This document shows positions 13,035 to 25,881 of a stretch of 64,000 nucleotides of DNA, one piece after another. Under the pieces are notes generated by a model, which was not told the origin of the DNA, did not search any database, and was given only the letters and a program-made list of their open reading frames with translations. Source of the DNA: an uncultured Gemmatimonadales bacterium (GTDB taxonomy: Bacteria; Gemmatimonadota; Gemmatimonadetes; Gemmatimonadales; GWC2-71-9); contig CAWHFW010000002.1 of assembly GCA_963828735.1 (NCBI GenBank), positions 416,001 through 480,000 on the forward strand, given 5' to 3'. The position numbers and the translations under genes are program-made. Positions within the stretch are counted from its first letter, which is position 1; the number at the start of each line of letters is the position of its first letter.

Positions 13035-14289
13035 GTGCTGCCGCGACTCGGCATCCGGAACGTTGGCGAGGGCGTCGGCATCGCCTTCGACGCCCTCCGC
13101 GCCAACAAGCTGCGGTCGGCGCTCACGATCCTGGGCGTGGTGATCGGCGTGACCACCGTCATGGCGATCGCCTCGATGGTCCAGGGCATCCGCAACGCAG
13201 ATCTTCAACGCGATCGAGACCGCCGGCCCGTCGGTGTTCTACGTGGTGCGCTTCTTCTCGCAGACCCCGCTCAATCCCGACCGCCTGCCGTACGAGGTGC
13301 GCATCCGGCCCATCGTGAGCTCCACCGACGCCGAGGCGATCGCGCGACTGCCCCAGATCGCGTACGCGGGGATCTGGGTGCAGCTGTTCCAGCGCATGGA
13401 GTACCAGGGGAACCGGACCCAGACGATCACCGTGTTCGGAGCCGACGAACACTACATGGACATCCAGGGCGGCACCCTGCTCCGGGGCCGATTCTTTACG
13501 CGCGGCGAGCTGACCGGCGACGAGGTCATGGTGATCGAGGCCGACGTCGGCCGACCGGTTGTTCGGCCGGCTCGATCCGCTCGGCCGGTACGTCCGGGTC
13601 GGCTCGACGTCCGCTGCGCGTCATCGGCATCTACCAGAAGCCCGAGAACATCTTCGAGCCGCCCGGCCAGGAGATCGGCGGCGTGATCCCGTTCGAGACC
13701 GCGCGACAGAACTATCGCTACGACGAGACCAACAACCTCTTCATCGCCGTGAGGCCTCGACCCGGCCTGGATCCCGGCGCTGACCCGTGACCAGACGACG
13801 GTCGCCCTTCGCCGGGTGCGGAACCTCCGGCCCGGCATGCCGAACACGTTCGACCTGATCACCCAGGATCAGATCCTGGACGTGGTCGGCAAGTTCACCA
13901 CCTATTTCTTCCTGGCGATGGTGTCGCTGTCGAGCGTGGCGCTGCTGGTCGGTGGCATCGGCGTCATGGCGATCATGATGGTCTCGGTGACGGACCGGAC
14001 CCGCGAGATCGGGCTGCGCAAGGCGCTCGGCGCCACCCGCCGGGAGATCCTGTGGCAGTTCCTGGTCGAGGCCGCCACCCTCACCTTCGTCGGCGGCCTC
14101 CTGGGCATCGTGTTCGGGCTGGGCGCGGGCGAGCTGATGAAGGCCGCCCTCGACCTGCGCTCGGGCGTGCCGCTCTGGAGCGCCGGGTTGGCGTGCGCGG
14201 TGAGCATCGGGATCGGTCTCGTCTTCGGTCTGTACCCCGCCAACCGGGCGGCCCGCATGGATCCGGTGGAGGCGCTCCGCCACGAGTGA
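13035..14289 (+). CDS. MacB/FtsX-type ABC permease 4 (several apparent frameshifts)
   Basis: ANKLRSALTILGVVIGV; VTDRTREIGLRKALGAT; RAARMDPVEALRHE*. Confidence 0.8.
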
Positions 14290-14374
14290 GCGGCGCCCGG
14301 ACGTGGCGCCGCTCGCCGACCGGAGCTATCCTTGCACCGCGGCCCCCGGTTCCGACCCCCGCCCGGAGCGTTCA

Positions 14375-15096
14375 ATGCCCGTCGATCTGCTGGCCATCGC
14401 CGCCCACCGTGACGACGTCGAGCTCACCTGCGCCGGCACCCTGCTCCGCGCGGTCGGACGCGGGGCACCGGACCGGGATTCTCGACCTCACCGCCGGGGA
14501 GACGCGGGACCCGCGGCAACGCCGACCTCGCGCGCAGGAGTCGGACCGGGCCGCGGCCATTCTTGGCGTGGCACGAGCGCCGGAATGCCGGACTGCCCGA
14601 TGCGCATCTCCGCAACGACGACGAGAGCCGCCGCGCGGTCGTCGAGCATCATCCGGCACTTCGCGGCCCCGCGTCGTGATCCTCCCTTTCCCGGTGGGCC
14701 GCCATCCCGATCATCGGGTGGCCAGCGAGCTCGGCCGCGACGCCTGCTTCCTCGCCGGGCTCGCCAAGTACGACGCCGGGGCACGCCGCACCGGCCGTTC
14801 AAGGTCCTGTATGCGCTCGTCGTACCGCGAGGATCCGGTCAAGCCGACGTTCGTCGTGGACATCAGCGGACAGTTCGACCGGAAGATGCAGGCCATCCGT
14901 TGCTACGCGAGCCAGTTCGACGGCGCCAAGGCGGCCGGGGAGATCTTCCCGACCGGCCAGGACCTCTACTCGCTGGTCGAGACCCAGACTGCGCACTACG
15001 GCTCGCTGATCCGCACCCGGTACGGCGAGCCGTTCTTCACGCCACGAGACGATGGCCGTGGACGACGTGGTCGCACTCGGCGTGCAAAGCATGTAA
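14375..15096 (+). CDS. bshB1: PIG-L family deacetylase, BshB1-like (bacillithiol pathway), frameshifted in this assembly
   Basis: MPVDLLAIAAHRDDVELTCAGTL, RHPDHRVAS, KPTFVVDISGQFDRKMQAIRCYASQF, YGEPF in successive frames. Confidence 0.7.
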
Positions 15097-15118
15097 CGTC
15101 CCGGGATATTTTTCCCCC

Positions 15119-16290
<1,172 letters not shown>

Positions 16291-16298
<8 letters not shown>

Positions 16299-17360
16299 AG
16301 CGCGTGCTCGTCGCGATGTCGGGCGGAGTCGACAGCTCCGTGGCCGCGGCGCTGCTCGTCGAGCAGGGCTACGACGTCGTCGGCGCCACGATGAAGCTGT
16401 TCTGCTACGGCGACGACGTTCCCGACCGGCCCTGCTGCTCGCTCGACTCGATCAACGACGCGCGCGACGTCGCCGCACACGCTCGGCATTCCGCACTACG
16501 TCCTCAATCTCGAGGATCGCTTCGACCACCACGTCATCGCAGAACTTCGTCGCGCGAGTACAGCGGCGGCCGCACACCCATTCCGTGCGTCCGCTGCAAC
16601 TCGTTCACCAAGTTCCGCGACCTGCTCGCTCACGCCGACGCGCTCGACTGCGCCTACATCGCCACCGGCCACTACGCGGTCGCGCGCGACGGCGGGCTGT
16701 ATCCGCGGCGAGGATCGCGCGCAAGGACCAGAGCTACTTCCTCTGGGGGATCGACCGCGCGGTGGTGGCCCGCATGCTGACGCCGGTCGGCTCGCTCACC
16801 AAGGCCGAGACGCGGGCGATGGCCGCCGCCTGGGGCTCGCGACGGCGGACAAGCCCGACTCGGTCGAGATCTGTTTCGTGCCCGGACGACGACTACGTCT
16901 CCGTCCTGGAGCGTCACCTTCCCGCGGACGCGCCCGGCTCTCGACGCCCGGGCCCGCTGGTGACCACCGTCGGGCGACGTGGTCGGCGAGCACGAAGGAT
17001 TCGCGCGCTACACGATCGGCCAGCGGAAGGGCCTCCCCGGGGGATTCGCTGAGCCCATGTACGTGGTGGCCATCCGTCCCGAGCAGCGCGCGAGGTCGTG
17101 ATCGGCACGGCGACGATCTGTTCGGCCACGGGTCCGTCTCGAGGAGGTCAACTGGCTCGCTGATCCGCTCCGCGCGAGGACGATCAGTGCGGGTCCAGAT
17201 CCGTTATCGCGCGCGCGCCGTGCCCGGCATGGTCGTGCGCACGCCGCGCCGCGCTCGGCTGCCGCTCCTCGCACCGGTGCGCGCCATCACGCCCGGCCAG
17301 TCCGGTGTGCTCTACGACACAGACGGCCGCCTCCTAGGCGGCGGCGTGATCGCGAGCTAG
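16291..17360 (+). CDS. mnmA: tRNA 2-thiouridine(34) synthase MnmA, frameshifted in this assembly
   Basis: VLVAMSGGVDSSVAA, TPIPCVRCN, IATGHYA, KDQSYFL, YTIGQRKGL, AITPGQSGVLY. Confidence 0.9.
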
Positions 17361-17386
17361 CAGGACGTCCTCGACCCGGAGTCCCC

Positions 17387-17758
17387 ATGCGCTCCCTGCT
17401 GCTCCACTGGCTCTTCAACGCGGTCGCCCTCTGGGTCGCGGCCTACCTCCTCAACGGCCTCGACTTTACGGGCGATCTGGTCAAGCTGGTTCTCGTGGCG
17501 GCGGTGTTCGGCATCGTCAACAGCCTCCTCCGGCCCCTGCTCACCGTGCTCACCTGCCCGCTCATCGTGCTCACGCTCGGCCTGTTCACGCTGGTCATCA
17601 ACGCGCTGATGCTGCTGGTCACCGGCTGGCTGTCGGCACGGTGGAACCTGGGCTTCACGGTGGCGGGGTTCTGGCCTGCATTCTGGGGTGGTCTTGTGGT
17701 CGGGCTGGTCAGCCTGGCCCTGTCCCTGGCCTTCCCAAGGACCAAAAGGCTGAGCTGA
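17387..17758 (+). CDS. YvlD/DUF360 4-TM membrane protein ('phage holin family IV')
   Basis: GIVNSLLRPLLTVLTCPLIVLTLGLFTLVINALML signature. Confidence 0.85.
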   Translation: MRSLLLHWLFNAVALWVAAYLLNGLDFTGDLVKLVLVAAVFGIVNSLLRPLLTVLTCPLIVLTLGLFTLVINALMLLVTGWLSARWNLGFTVAGFWPAFWGGLVVGLVSLALSLAFPRTKRLS

Positions 17759-17836
17759 GGCGGGGTTTGGGCGGAGGGCTGTTACCCCTCTGTTACAATT
17801 CGTTCCGCACCCCGGGCCTGGCCCTACATTCCGGTA

Positions 17837-20009
17837 GTGACCGACCTCCTCCAGCCCGTCGTCTCGCCTCCCGCGATCGACCTCCGGGATCCCAGCTCTC
17901 TACCTGAATCGCGAGCTGTCCTGGCTCGAGTTCAATCGCCGGGTTCTCCACGAAGCCCTGGACCCGCGCACGCCGCTGCTCGAGCGGCTCAAGTTCCTCG
18001 GCGATCTTCAGCTGCAATCTCGACGAGTTCTTCCAGGTCCGTGTCGCCGGACTCAAGCAGCAGTCGGCCGCCGGCATCGTCGAGCGCACCGCCGACGGCA
18101 TGACGCCGGAGGATCAGCTCTCGGCGATCTCCTCGAGCGTCCGCGAGATGGTCCGGCAGCATCGGCACTGCTGATGCAGGACGTGCTCCCCGCGCTCGCC
18201 GCCGAGGGGCTGACCCTCCACCAGCGGATTCGGGATCTGCGCCCAGGCCGAGCGGGACCATGTCGACGGCTATTTCCAGGCGAACGTCTTCCCGGTCCTG
18301 ACGCCGCTCGCCGTCGATCCCGGCCACCCCTTCCCCTACATCTCGAATCTGAGCTTGTCGCTCGCGGTGGCGCTCCGCGGCACCGGACGGCGAGGAGCGC
18401 TTCGCGCGGGTCAAGGTTCCGAAGATCCTTCCGCGGTGGGTCCCGCTTCCGACGCCGAACGCGTTCGTGCCGCTCGAGGAGGTCATCGGCGCCAACCTCG
18501 AGGCGCTGTTCCCCGGGGTCGAGATCCTGGGTGGTACACGTTCCGGATCACCCGGAACACCGACCTCCAGATCGATCACGGGACGAGGCCGACGATCTGC
18601 TGAGCCTCATCCAGGAGGACGTGCGGAACCGGCGCTTCGCCGAGGTGGTCCGGATCGAGGTGCAGCCTCGATGCCGCCGTCGCTCCGCGAGCTGCTGCTG
18701 ATGGAGTTCAGCGACCAGCAGGATCCGCCGACCCGGCCGCTCACGACGGACGACCTGTACGAGATCCAGGTCTGATGGACACGGCCGACCTGCTCGCGCT
18801 GGCATCGCTCGACCTGCCGGCGCTCCGGGATCCAATGTTCCATCCGGTCACCCCGCCGCGCCTCGCGTCGCGGCCGCAACATCTTCGACGTGATTCGCGA
18901 GGGCGACGTCCTGCTCCACCACCCGTACGACAGCTTCCAGACCTCGGTCGAGCGGTTCATCCAGGCGGCCGCGGAAGATCCCGGACGTCGTCGCCATCAA
19001 GCTCACGCTCTACCGCACCGGCGGCGACTCCAGCATCGCCCGGATGCTGGTCCAGGCGGCCGAGCGCGGCAAGCAGGTGGCGGTCCTGATCGAGCTGCAG
19101 GCCCGGTTCGACGAGGAGAACAACATCATCTGGGCGCAGCGGCTCGAGGATGTCGGCGTCCACGTGAGCTACGGCGTGGCCGGACTCAAGACGCACGCCA
19201 AGGTCGATGCTGGTCGTCCGCCGCGAGGGCGACACGCATGCGGCGGTACGTGCACATCGGCACCGGCAACTACAACCCGAAGACGGCGCGTCTCTACACC
19301 GACTTCGGGCTGCTCAGCGCCAACCCCGAGCTCGGCGCCGATCTGACCGATCTGTTCAACGTGCTCACGGGGTTCGCGTCGCCGGCGGGATATCGCAAGC
19401 TGATCGTGGCGCCGCGCGGCATGCGCGAGCGGTTCATCGCGATGATCCGCCGGGAGATCGCCCACGCAGCGCGCCGGCGCGCCCGCGCGGATCGTCGCCA
19501 AGATGAACGCGCTGGTCGACCCGGATATCATCGCAGCCCTGTACGAGGCGTCGGGTGCCGGGGTCCCGATCGATCTGATCGTTCGCGGGATCTGCTGCCT
19601 CCGCCCGGGCCTGCCGGGCGTCAGCGACTCGATCCGGGTGATCAGCATCGTCGGCCGGTTCCTCGAGCACTCGCGCGCCTTCTACTTCCTGAACGGCGGC
19701 GACGAGGAGGTCTACATCGGCTCGGCCGACTGGATGCCGCGCAACCTCGACCGCCGGATCGAGGCGGTGACCCCGATCGACAACCCAGCGGATCGCCAGG
19801 CGTTGCGCGACCTGCTGTTGCTCATGTGGGAGGACAACCGCCAGGCGTGGGAGCTCAGGCCCGATGGCACCTACGTGCAGCGACGCCCCGCCGGGACTGG
19901 AGTCCGAGCGGGCGACCCATCGGCGGCTGATCGAAGTGCGTGGCGCGCATCGCGAGCACGATACACGTCCCGACGAAGCGGCGACGGCTTCGCCGGGCCC
20001 TCGCGATGA
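17837..20009 (+). CDS. ppk1: Polyphosphate kinase 1, frameshifted in this assembly
   Basis: [90 protein letters not shown]. End approximate. Confidence 0.9.
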
Positions 20010-20028
20010 TGTCCCGTGAGCAGCGACG

Positions 20029-21133
20029 CTAGAACTGCAGGCCCGCCGACTCGGCGAATTGCTTGAGCAGGTCCTGCTGCTCCGGGGTGAGCTGACCGGG
20101 AACCGTCACCTGCACCTGCACCAATTGGTCTCCCTTCACACCACTCTTCTCGACGCCCTGCCCCTTGATACGGAAGCGCCGGCCTGGCTGCGTGCCGCCA
20201 GGAATGCGGAGCATCGACTTTCTTCCCGTCCAGGGTCCGCACCCGCAGCCGGGTGCCCAGCGTGGCCTGGGCGAGGTTGAGCGGTACTTCGCAGACGATG
20301 TCGAGACCCTCGCGATGGAAGAAGCGGTCTGGCTGTACCTGGAAGGTGACCAGGAGGTCGCCCGCGGGGGCTCCAGCCCTTGCCGACTGACCCTGTCCGC
20401 GCATGCGCACTCGGGTGCCCGTCTCGATGCCGGCAGGGACCGTGATGGCCACCTGCCGGTCCGTGCGGACCTCGCCGGCGCCGCGGCAGGTCGGACATGG
20501 CTGTGACGGGATGCGGCCGCGGCCCCGGCACTGCGGGCAGGGTCGGTTCACGGCGAATCCGCCCTGACCGAAGGAGATCGTGCCCCGGCCCTTGCACTCG
20601 GGACAGGTGGACCAGGTCGCGCCGGGTGCGCCACCCGAGCCCGAGCAGGTCGGGCAGGTCTCCGTCACCTGCAGGTTGACCGTGACCTTGCCGCCAAGCG
20701 CCGCGACCCGGAACGGAACTTCGACCACGGTCTCGATCACCTCGGCCCCGCCCGGTTCCTCCTGGCGACCGCCCCGCCCGAAGATGGACGAGAAGATGTC
20801 GCCCAGTCCGCCGAAGTCACCGAAGTCGAACCCTTCGGCGCCGGGTTCCGGCCCGGCCCCACGGCGCGCGCCGGGACCGGGACGGGGGCCGCGGGCGGCC
20901 GCGCCGTCGAACGCGCCCAGTCGGCGCATCTGGTCGTACTGCTTCCGCTTGTCCGGGTCGGACAGCACGCTGTGCGCCTCGGAGATTTCCTTGAAGCGCT
21001 CGGCGGCCGACGGATTGTTCGGGTTGGCGTCGGGATGATACTGCTTGGCGAGCCGCCGATAGACCTTCTTGATCTCGTCCTGGCTGGCCGAGTCAGAGAC
21101 GCCGAGGACCTGATAGAAGTCCTTTGCCGCCAC
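20029..21133 (-). CDS. dnaJ: Chaperone DnaJ (one apparent frameshift near 20215)
   Basis: J domain with HPD, CxxCxGxG zinc repeats, C-terminal IPGGTQPGRRFRIKGQG in ORF 20029..20214. Confidence 0.9.
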
Positions 21134-21696
21134 TAGACCTGTCCCTGATCGGAGTAGACCTGCACGCGCGCCGGCCGGACGAGCGTCCCCCTGAAACGAT
21201 ATCCAGGCTGGAAGGTCGCGCTGACCTGGTGGTCCTGTTGCTTCGTGGGCGCCGGGACGGTGGAGACGGCCTCATGCAGGCTGGGATCGAACGGAGTGCC
21301 AACCGGGTCGATGCGCTCGAGGCCCGCGGCCTGCAGCTCCTTCCAGAGCTTCTTGTCGACCAGCTCGACCGCCTGTCGCAGTTGCTCGCCGGACGCACTC
21401 CCTCCGTCGGCGCTCAAACGATCCATGTCGTCGAGGACGTCGAGCAGACGACCCACCAAGGCCGCCTGGGCGCGATCGCCGAGCTCGGTGCGCTCGCGCA
21501 CGACGCGCTTGCGGTAGTTGTCGTACTCGGCGGCGAGCCGGAGATGTCGATCGCGCGCCTCCTGGAGCTGATCCTCGAGGCGGCGAACGGCCTGTTCCGC
21601 AGGCTCTGCCGGAAGGCCGACGCCTGGAGCGAACTCCGACTGCGGCGAATCGGCGCCACGGGAGGAAGGTTCCTGGGACATATCGGTGGATGCCAT
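21133..21696 (-). CDS. grpE: Nucleotide exchange factor GrpE
   Basis: LRLAAEYDNYRKR, FDPSLHEAV, GYRFRGTLVRPARVQV. Confidence 0.93.
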   Translation of the reverse strand: MASTDMSQEPSSRGADSPQSEFAPGVGLPAEPAEQAVRRLEDQLQEARDRHLRLAAEYDNYRKRVVRERTELGDRAQAALVGRLLDVLDDMDRLSADGGSASGEQLRQAVELVDKKLWKELQAAGLERIDPVGTPFDPSLHEAVSTVPAPTKQQDHQVSATFQPGYRFRGTLVRPARVQVYSDQGQV

Positions 21697-21938
21697 GTCG
21701 GCGCCGTCGGCACTCTGCCCCCCTGGCCGGGATTGGTCATGCCGCCCGGGGTGTGCATGCGCTCGACGTCGCCCGCGTATTCGCCGCTAAATCTTCGGGT
21801 GTCAGCCACTTGTGACCTCGCGTCGTTCGGGAGCCAGCCGGAAGATAATACCGGCCGGAAGCGAGGAATCACAGATGGCAGGCAGTCGGAACCCGCACGA
21901 TGTGAAGGGATTGCGGTGAGATCGCGAACACTCGGACG

Positions 21939-23177
21939 TCAGCGTTCGAGCAGGTGACGATCGAGCATCGCCAACGCCGCCTGGGCCGCCCGCACGCGCA
22001 CGTTGTGCCGGTCGCCGGGGATCTGCACCCGGCGGGCCTCGACCGAGCTCCCGTCGGCCAGCGCGAGCCAGACCGTGCCGACCGGCTTGGCCTCGGTTCC
22101 ACCGTCTGGGCCGGCGATGCCGGTAACCGCCACCGCGAGATCCACGCGGAGCGCGCGCACCGCGCCCACCGCCATCGCCCGCGCGACCGACTCGCTCACC
22201 GCGCCGTCCGATTGGATGAGGGCTGGATCCACGCCCAGCAGCACGGTCTTGAGCTCGTTCGAGTAGCACACCACGCCGCCCTCGAACACGTCGGAGCTTC
22301 CGGGAATCTCGGTCAGGCGGCCCCCGACCAGGCCGCCGGTGCACGACTCCGCCGTCCCGATTCGGAGTCCGAGCGCGCGCGCCCGATTCAGCACGATGCC
22401 CGCCAGATCGTCCTCTCCCTCCCCGTACGCATAGCGGCCGGCGCGTTCGCGAACGAGCGCCGCGCCTGACCGGAGCCGGGCCTCCGCCTCGTCGACCGTC
22501 AGATTCCAGGCGCTGAGTCTCAGATCCACCCCGTCAAACCCCGGGAGGTACGCCAGCGTGAGCGGCGCCACATCCCGCTCGATCTCCCCCAACCGCTGCG
22601 CGAGGGTCGATTCGGGAATGCCGGTGGTACGGACCACGCACGAGCGAATCACGCCGTCACGGCTCCGGGCGGCCAGCCTCGGCACCACCTCGTGCTCCAT
22701 CAGCTTCCGCATCTCTCCGGGCACGCCGGGCAGCATGATGACGAGACCGGATGTCCCCTCGAACCAGAGACCGGGCGCCGTGCCCCACCGATTCGGCAGC
22801 ACCACAGCCCCGCGTGGCACCTCGGCCTGCGACCGGTTGCTGGGCGCCGGCGTCCGACCGAGGCGCGCGAAGCGCTCCACGAGCTGGCTCCAGACCTCTT
22901 CGTCGAAATCGAAGGGCATCCCGAAGAGCTCCGCGACGACCGTCTTGCTCACGTCGTCGCGGGTGGGCCCGAGGCCGCCGGTGGTGAGGACCGCTCCCGT
23001 CCGCGCAAGCGCATCCTGCACGGCGGTCCGGATGGCGTCGGGATCATCCCCGACGCTCGTCCGTCGGACGACGCGGACCCCGACGCCCGACACGGCCGAC
23101 GCGATCTCCGCCCCGTTGGTGTCGACCGTGAAGCCGAGCAGAAGCTCGGTGCCGATGGTGAGCAGCTCGAGGTCCAC
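21939..23177 (-). CDS. cinA: CinA family (MoCF-like domain + NMN deamidase PncC)
   Basis: IGTELLLG..VDTN, TTGGLGPTRDD, TAESCTGG, GAVSE, TGIAGPDGG. Confidence 0.93.
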   Translation of the reverse strand: MDLELLTIGTELLLGFTVDTNGAEIASAVSGVGVRVVRRTSVGDDPDAIRTAVQDALARTGAVLTTGGLGPTRDDVSKTVVAELFGMPFDFDEEVWSQLVERFARLGRTPAPSNRSQAEVPRGAVVLPNRWGTAPGLWFEGTSGLVIMLPGVPGEMRKLMEHEVVPRLAARSRDGVIRSCVVRTTGIPESTLAQRLGEIERDVAPLTLAYLPGFDGVDLRLSAWNLTVDEAEARLRSGAALVRERAGRYAYGEGEDDLAGIVLNRARALGLRIGTAESCTGGLVGGRLTEIPGSSDVFEGGVVCYSNELKTVLLGVDPALIQSDGAVSESVARAMAVGAVRALRVDLAVAVTGIAGPDGGTEAKPVGTVWLALADGSSVEARRVQIPGDRHNVRVRAAQAALAMLDRHLLER

Positions 23178-23180
23178 GGC

Positions 23181-23819
23181 CTAGCGGGCCCGGTCGGAGA
23201 AGAGCGCGCGGTTCCGGTAGAGGTAGAGGACGAAGGAGTAGACGGTGAGTAGCGTCGCGACGGCGAGGGTCACGGCCACGAATCCGCCGTGGAACTGATT
23301 CCAGTAGTTCGCGTAGCGGCTGTGTTCCCAGCCCATCGGCTTACGCGCGTCCCGGAAGGCGAACCAGAGTATGACCGCGCCGATGAAGACGTTCTGAATG
23401 ACGGTCTTGAGCTTTCCCGCGCCCGCCGCGGCGATGACGACGCCACGCCGGCTCGCCCACACGCGGAACACGGTCATGGCCATCTCCCGTCCGATCAGGA
23501 GCAGGCAGACCCACAGCGGAATGCTTCCCCAGATCGGAATATCGTACAGGTCGTGCCGCGCGCGGGAGATCCAGTAGATCGGGATGAGGGTGGCGAAGAG
23601 GAGCAGCTTGTCGGCGATCGGATCGAGCAGCTTGCCGAGATCGGTGACCTGGTTCCGGGTGCGGGCCAGGTATCCGTCGTAGACGTCGCTGATGGCCGCG
23701 ACGAGGAAGATGACGAACGCGATGAGCTTCGGCCAGTAGCCCGCGATGAAGGGCAGGAGCGCGATGACCGGGGTGAAGCAGATCCGGATCAGGGTGATGA
23801 TGTTCGGGACCGTCCACAT
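23181..23819 (-). CDS. pgsA: CDP-alcohol phosphatidyltransferase (PgsA-like)
   Basis: PNIITLIRI; DVYDGYLAR...LGKLLDPIADK motif. Confidence 0.85.
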   Translation of the reverse strand: MWTVPNIITLIRICFTPVIALLPFIAGYWPKLIAFVIFLVAAISDVYDGYLARTRNQVTDLGKLLDPIADKLLLFATLIPIYWISRARHDLYDIPIWGSIPLWVCLLLIGREMAMTVFRVWASRRGVVIAAAGAGKLKTVIQNVFIGAVILWFAFRDARKPMGWEHSRYANYWNQFHGGFVAVTLAVATLLTVYSFVLYLYRNRALFSDRAR

Positions 23820-23828
23820 GCCGGCGGC

Positions 23829-24503
23829 CTACCCCAGGGTCTTGACGACGCTCTTGCTGATCGCCTTGAGGGTATCGAACACCCCCTCGCCGGTGAGTGC
23901 GACCGCCTCGAAGTAGGGGGCCCGCTCGATCCACTGGCCGTCCTGCTGCGAGATGAGATACTCGGATTCGCGATTCGGGTCCGGCGTCACCTTCTGCTTC
24001 GCCGGCTCGTCCAGCGGCCACCCCGGGTTGAGCGCGGCCTGCAGCTCGGCGACCGGCGCGGCGTTCGGCAGGTCGCGCTTGTTGTACTGGACGGCGAACG
24101 GGATCTTGGTGAGGTCGTACCCATGCTGGGTCATGTTCTCGTACAGGTTCTGCATGGCCTCGATGTTCGCGTCCATCCGCTCGATCTGGCTGTCGGCCAC
24201 GAACACCACGCCGTCCACGCCCTTGAGGATCAGCTTGCGGGAGGCGTTGTAGTACACCTGCCCCGGCACGGTGTACAGGTGGAACTTGACCTTGAAGCCG
24301 CGGATGGTGCCGAGGTCGACCGGCAGAAAGTCGAAGAACAGGGTGCGCTCGGTCTCGGTAGCGAGCGAGATCATCTTGCCACGCGACCCCGGGGCGACCT
24401 TGTTGTAGACGAATTCGAGGTTCGTCGTCTTGCCGCCGAGCCCCGGCCCGTAGTACACGAGCTTGCAGTTGATCTCGCGCGAGGCGTAGTTGATCATCGA
24501 CAT
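23829..24503 (-). CDS. mglA: Ras-like small GTPase MglA
   Basis: [40 protein letters not shown]. Confidence 0.95.
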   Translation of the reverse strand: MSMINYASREINCKLVYYGPGLGGKTTNLEFVYNKVAPGSRGKMISLATETERTLFFDFLPVDLGTIRGFKVKFHLYTVPGQVYYNASRKLILKGVDGVVFVADSQIERMDANIEAMQNLYENMTQHGYDLTKIPFAVQYNKRDLPNAAPVAELQAALNPGWPLDEPAKQKVTPDPNRESEYLISQQDGQWIERAPYFEAVALTGEGVFDTLKAISKSVVKTLG

Positions 24504-24517
24504 GCCAGCGGTCTCCC

Positions 24518-25009
24518 TCAGGCCCCGAAGAGTTTGTCGATCTCGTCTTCCGCCTCGCCGAGGAACTCCGACGCCACCCCCGGCGCGCTCGTGCCGTCCC
24601 GGTTGAACATGTCCGTGAACACCTGCGTCAGCTGTCCCACCGCCGCCTTCACCCGCAGCTTGACCAGTCCCAACGTCGTGCGGTTGTCGAACAGGACTAC
24701 CAGGATGACCCGGCGAGCAACGTCCGCGAGGTACATCGATTCACGCTCGCCCTGATGGAACAGCGCGCCGAACTCCGGCTCGCCAAGCATCCGGGCGAGC
24801 TGATCGTTGGCGCTGAAGTCGGCCGCGGTGAGCGAGGCAAAGGCCGTCGGATCGAACTGCGGCGACTCGCCGACCGTGGCGACCATCTGGCCGGTGCGAT
24901 CCACGATGAGGGCGGTCCGGGCGTTCGATTCCGCGAGAAAGCCGCTCAGGATGCCCTGGATGGCTCGCGAATCGTCCTCGCGGAACGACCAGCTCGATGC
25001 ACCGCTCAT
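24518..25009 (-). CDS. mglB: Roadblock/LC7 protein MglB (MglA GAP)
   Basis: [49 protein letters not shown]. Confidence 0.9.
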   Translation of the reverse strand: MSGASSWSFREDDSRAIQGILSGFLAESNARTALIVDRTGQMVATVGESPQFDPTAFASLTAADFSANDQLARMLGEPEFGALFHQGERESMYLADVARRVILVVLFDNRTTLGLVKLRVKAAVGQLTQVFTDMFNRDGTSAPGVASEFLGEAEDEIDKLFGA

Positions 25010-25019
25010 CGGACCAGCC

Positions 25020-25289
25020 TCATGCCAGGGTAGCCTCCAGCCCACGCAGGATCGCCATGGCGCGACGGCGAAGCACGGGCTGCCGCTCCCAGGCGAGATA
25101 GTCGCGGAGGAGGCGGATCGTATCGATGCCCGCCTGACCCGCGAGATAGCCGAGCGCGGCCAGCCGACGGAGCGGGCGCGGGCTGAAGAGGTCGCGCTGA
25201 TGCGTCGCCAGGCGCCGCTGCGCCAGCGCCCACCCTGCCATCGCGCCGACCGCGAGTCCGCCGACGAAGAGCACCGCGCGCGACTTCAT
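25020..25289 (-). CDS. Small hypothetical membrane-anchored helical protein
   Basis: N-terminal hydrophobic helix, start overlaps recR stop, fills the recR-mglB gap exactly. Confidence 0.7.
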   Translation of the reverse strand: MKSRAVLFVGGLAVGAMAGWALAQRRLATHQRDLFSPRPLRRLAALGYLAGQAGIDTIRLLRDYLAWERQPVLRRRAMAILRGLEATLA

Positions 25290-25879
25290 CAGGACAACTC
25301 CTGCCGCGCGACGAGCGCGTGTGCCAGGGTGACGCCGTCGACATACTCGAGATCGCCGCCGACAGGCAGCCCGCGGGCGAGACGGGTGACGCGCACGCCG
25401 TGCCCCGCGAGCAGCTGCTGGATGTAGGTCGCGGTGACTTCGCCCTCCATGGACGGATTGGTGGCGAGGATGACCTCGCGCACTACCCCGTCCCGGACGC
25501 GCGCCACCAGGTGGTCCAGCCGAAGGGCCTCGGGCCCGATGCCGTCCAGCGGCGATAGCCGACCGCCCAGCACATGGTACCGGCCGCGGAAATCCGTGGA
25601 GCGATCCACTACGGCCACGGTGGAGGCCTCCTCGACCACGCAGAGCACCGCCGGATCGCGCCGCGGATCACGGCAGATGGCGCACGGCTGCTCTTCCGTG
25701 AGATTGCCGCATTCCTCGCACGGCCGCACACGCTCGCTCACGGCCACCAACGCGGACGCGAGCCGCCCCGCCTGTTCGGGGGGTTGTTGGAGCAAATGGA
25801 AAGTGAGACGTTGGGCCGTCTTGCGGCCGATCCCGGGCAGCCTGGCCAGCTCCGTGATCAGCGCTTCGATCGCGCTCAC
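25289..25879 (-). CDS. recR: Recombination mediator RecR
   Basis: LPGIGRKTAQRL HhH, C4 zinc finger, YHVLGGRLSPLDG, ATNPSMEGEVTA. Confidence 0.96.
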   Translation of the reverse strand: MSAIEALITELARLPGIGRKTAQRLTFHLLQQPPEQAGRLASALVAVSERVRPCEECGNLTEEQPCAICRDPRRDPAVLCVVEEASTVAVVDRSTDFRGRYHVLGGRLSPLDGIGPEALRLDHLVARVRDGVVREVILATNPSMEGEVTATYIQQLLAGHGVRVTRLARGLPVGGDLEYVDGVTLAHALVARQELS

Positions 25880-25881
25880 CG

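Noticed and set aside
17387..17758. 'Phage holin' family gene as a sign of a prophage
   Set aside because: YvlD/DUF360 proteins are common chromosomal genes; no endolysin, integrase or structural phage genes nearby.
21707..21733. CIRCE (HrcA) operator upstream of grpE
   Set aside because: Only one half-site-like sequence (TCGGCACTC); the partner half at 9-nt spacing does not match.
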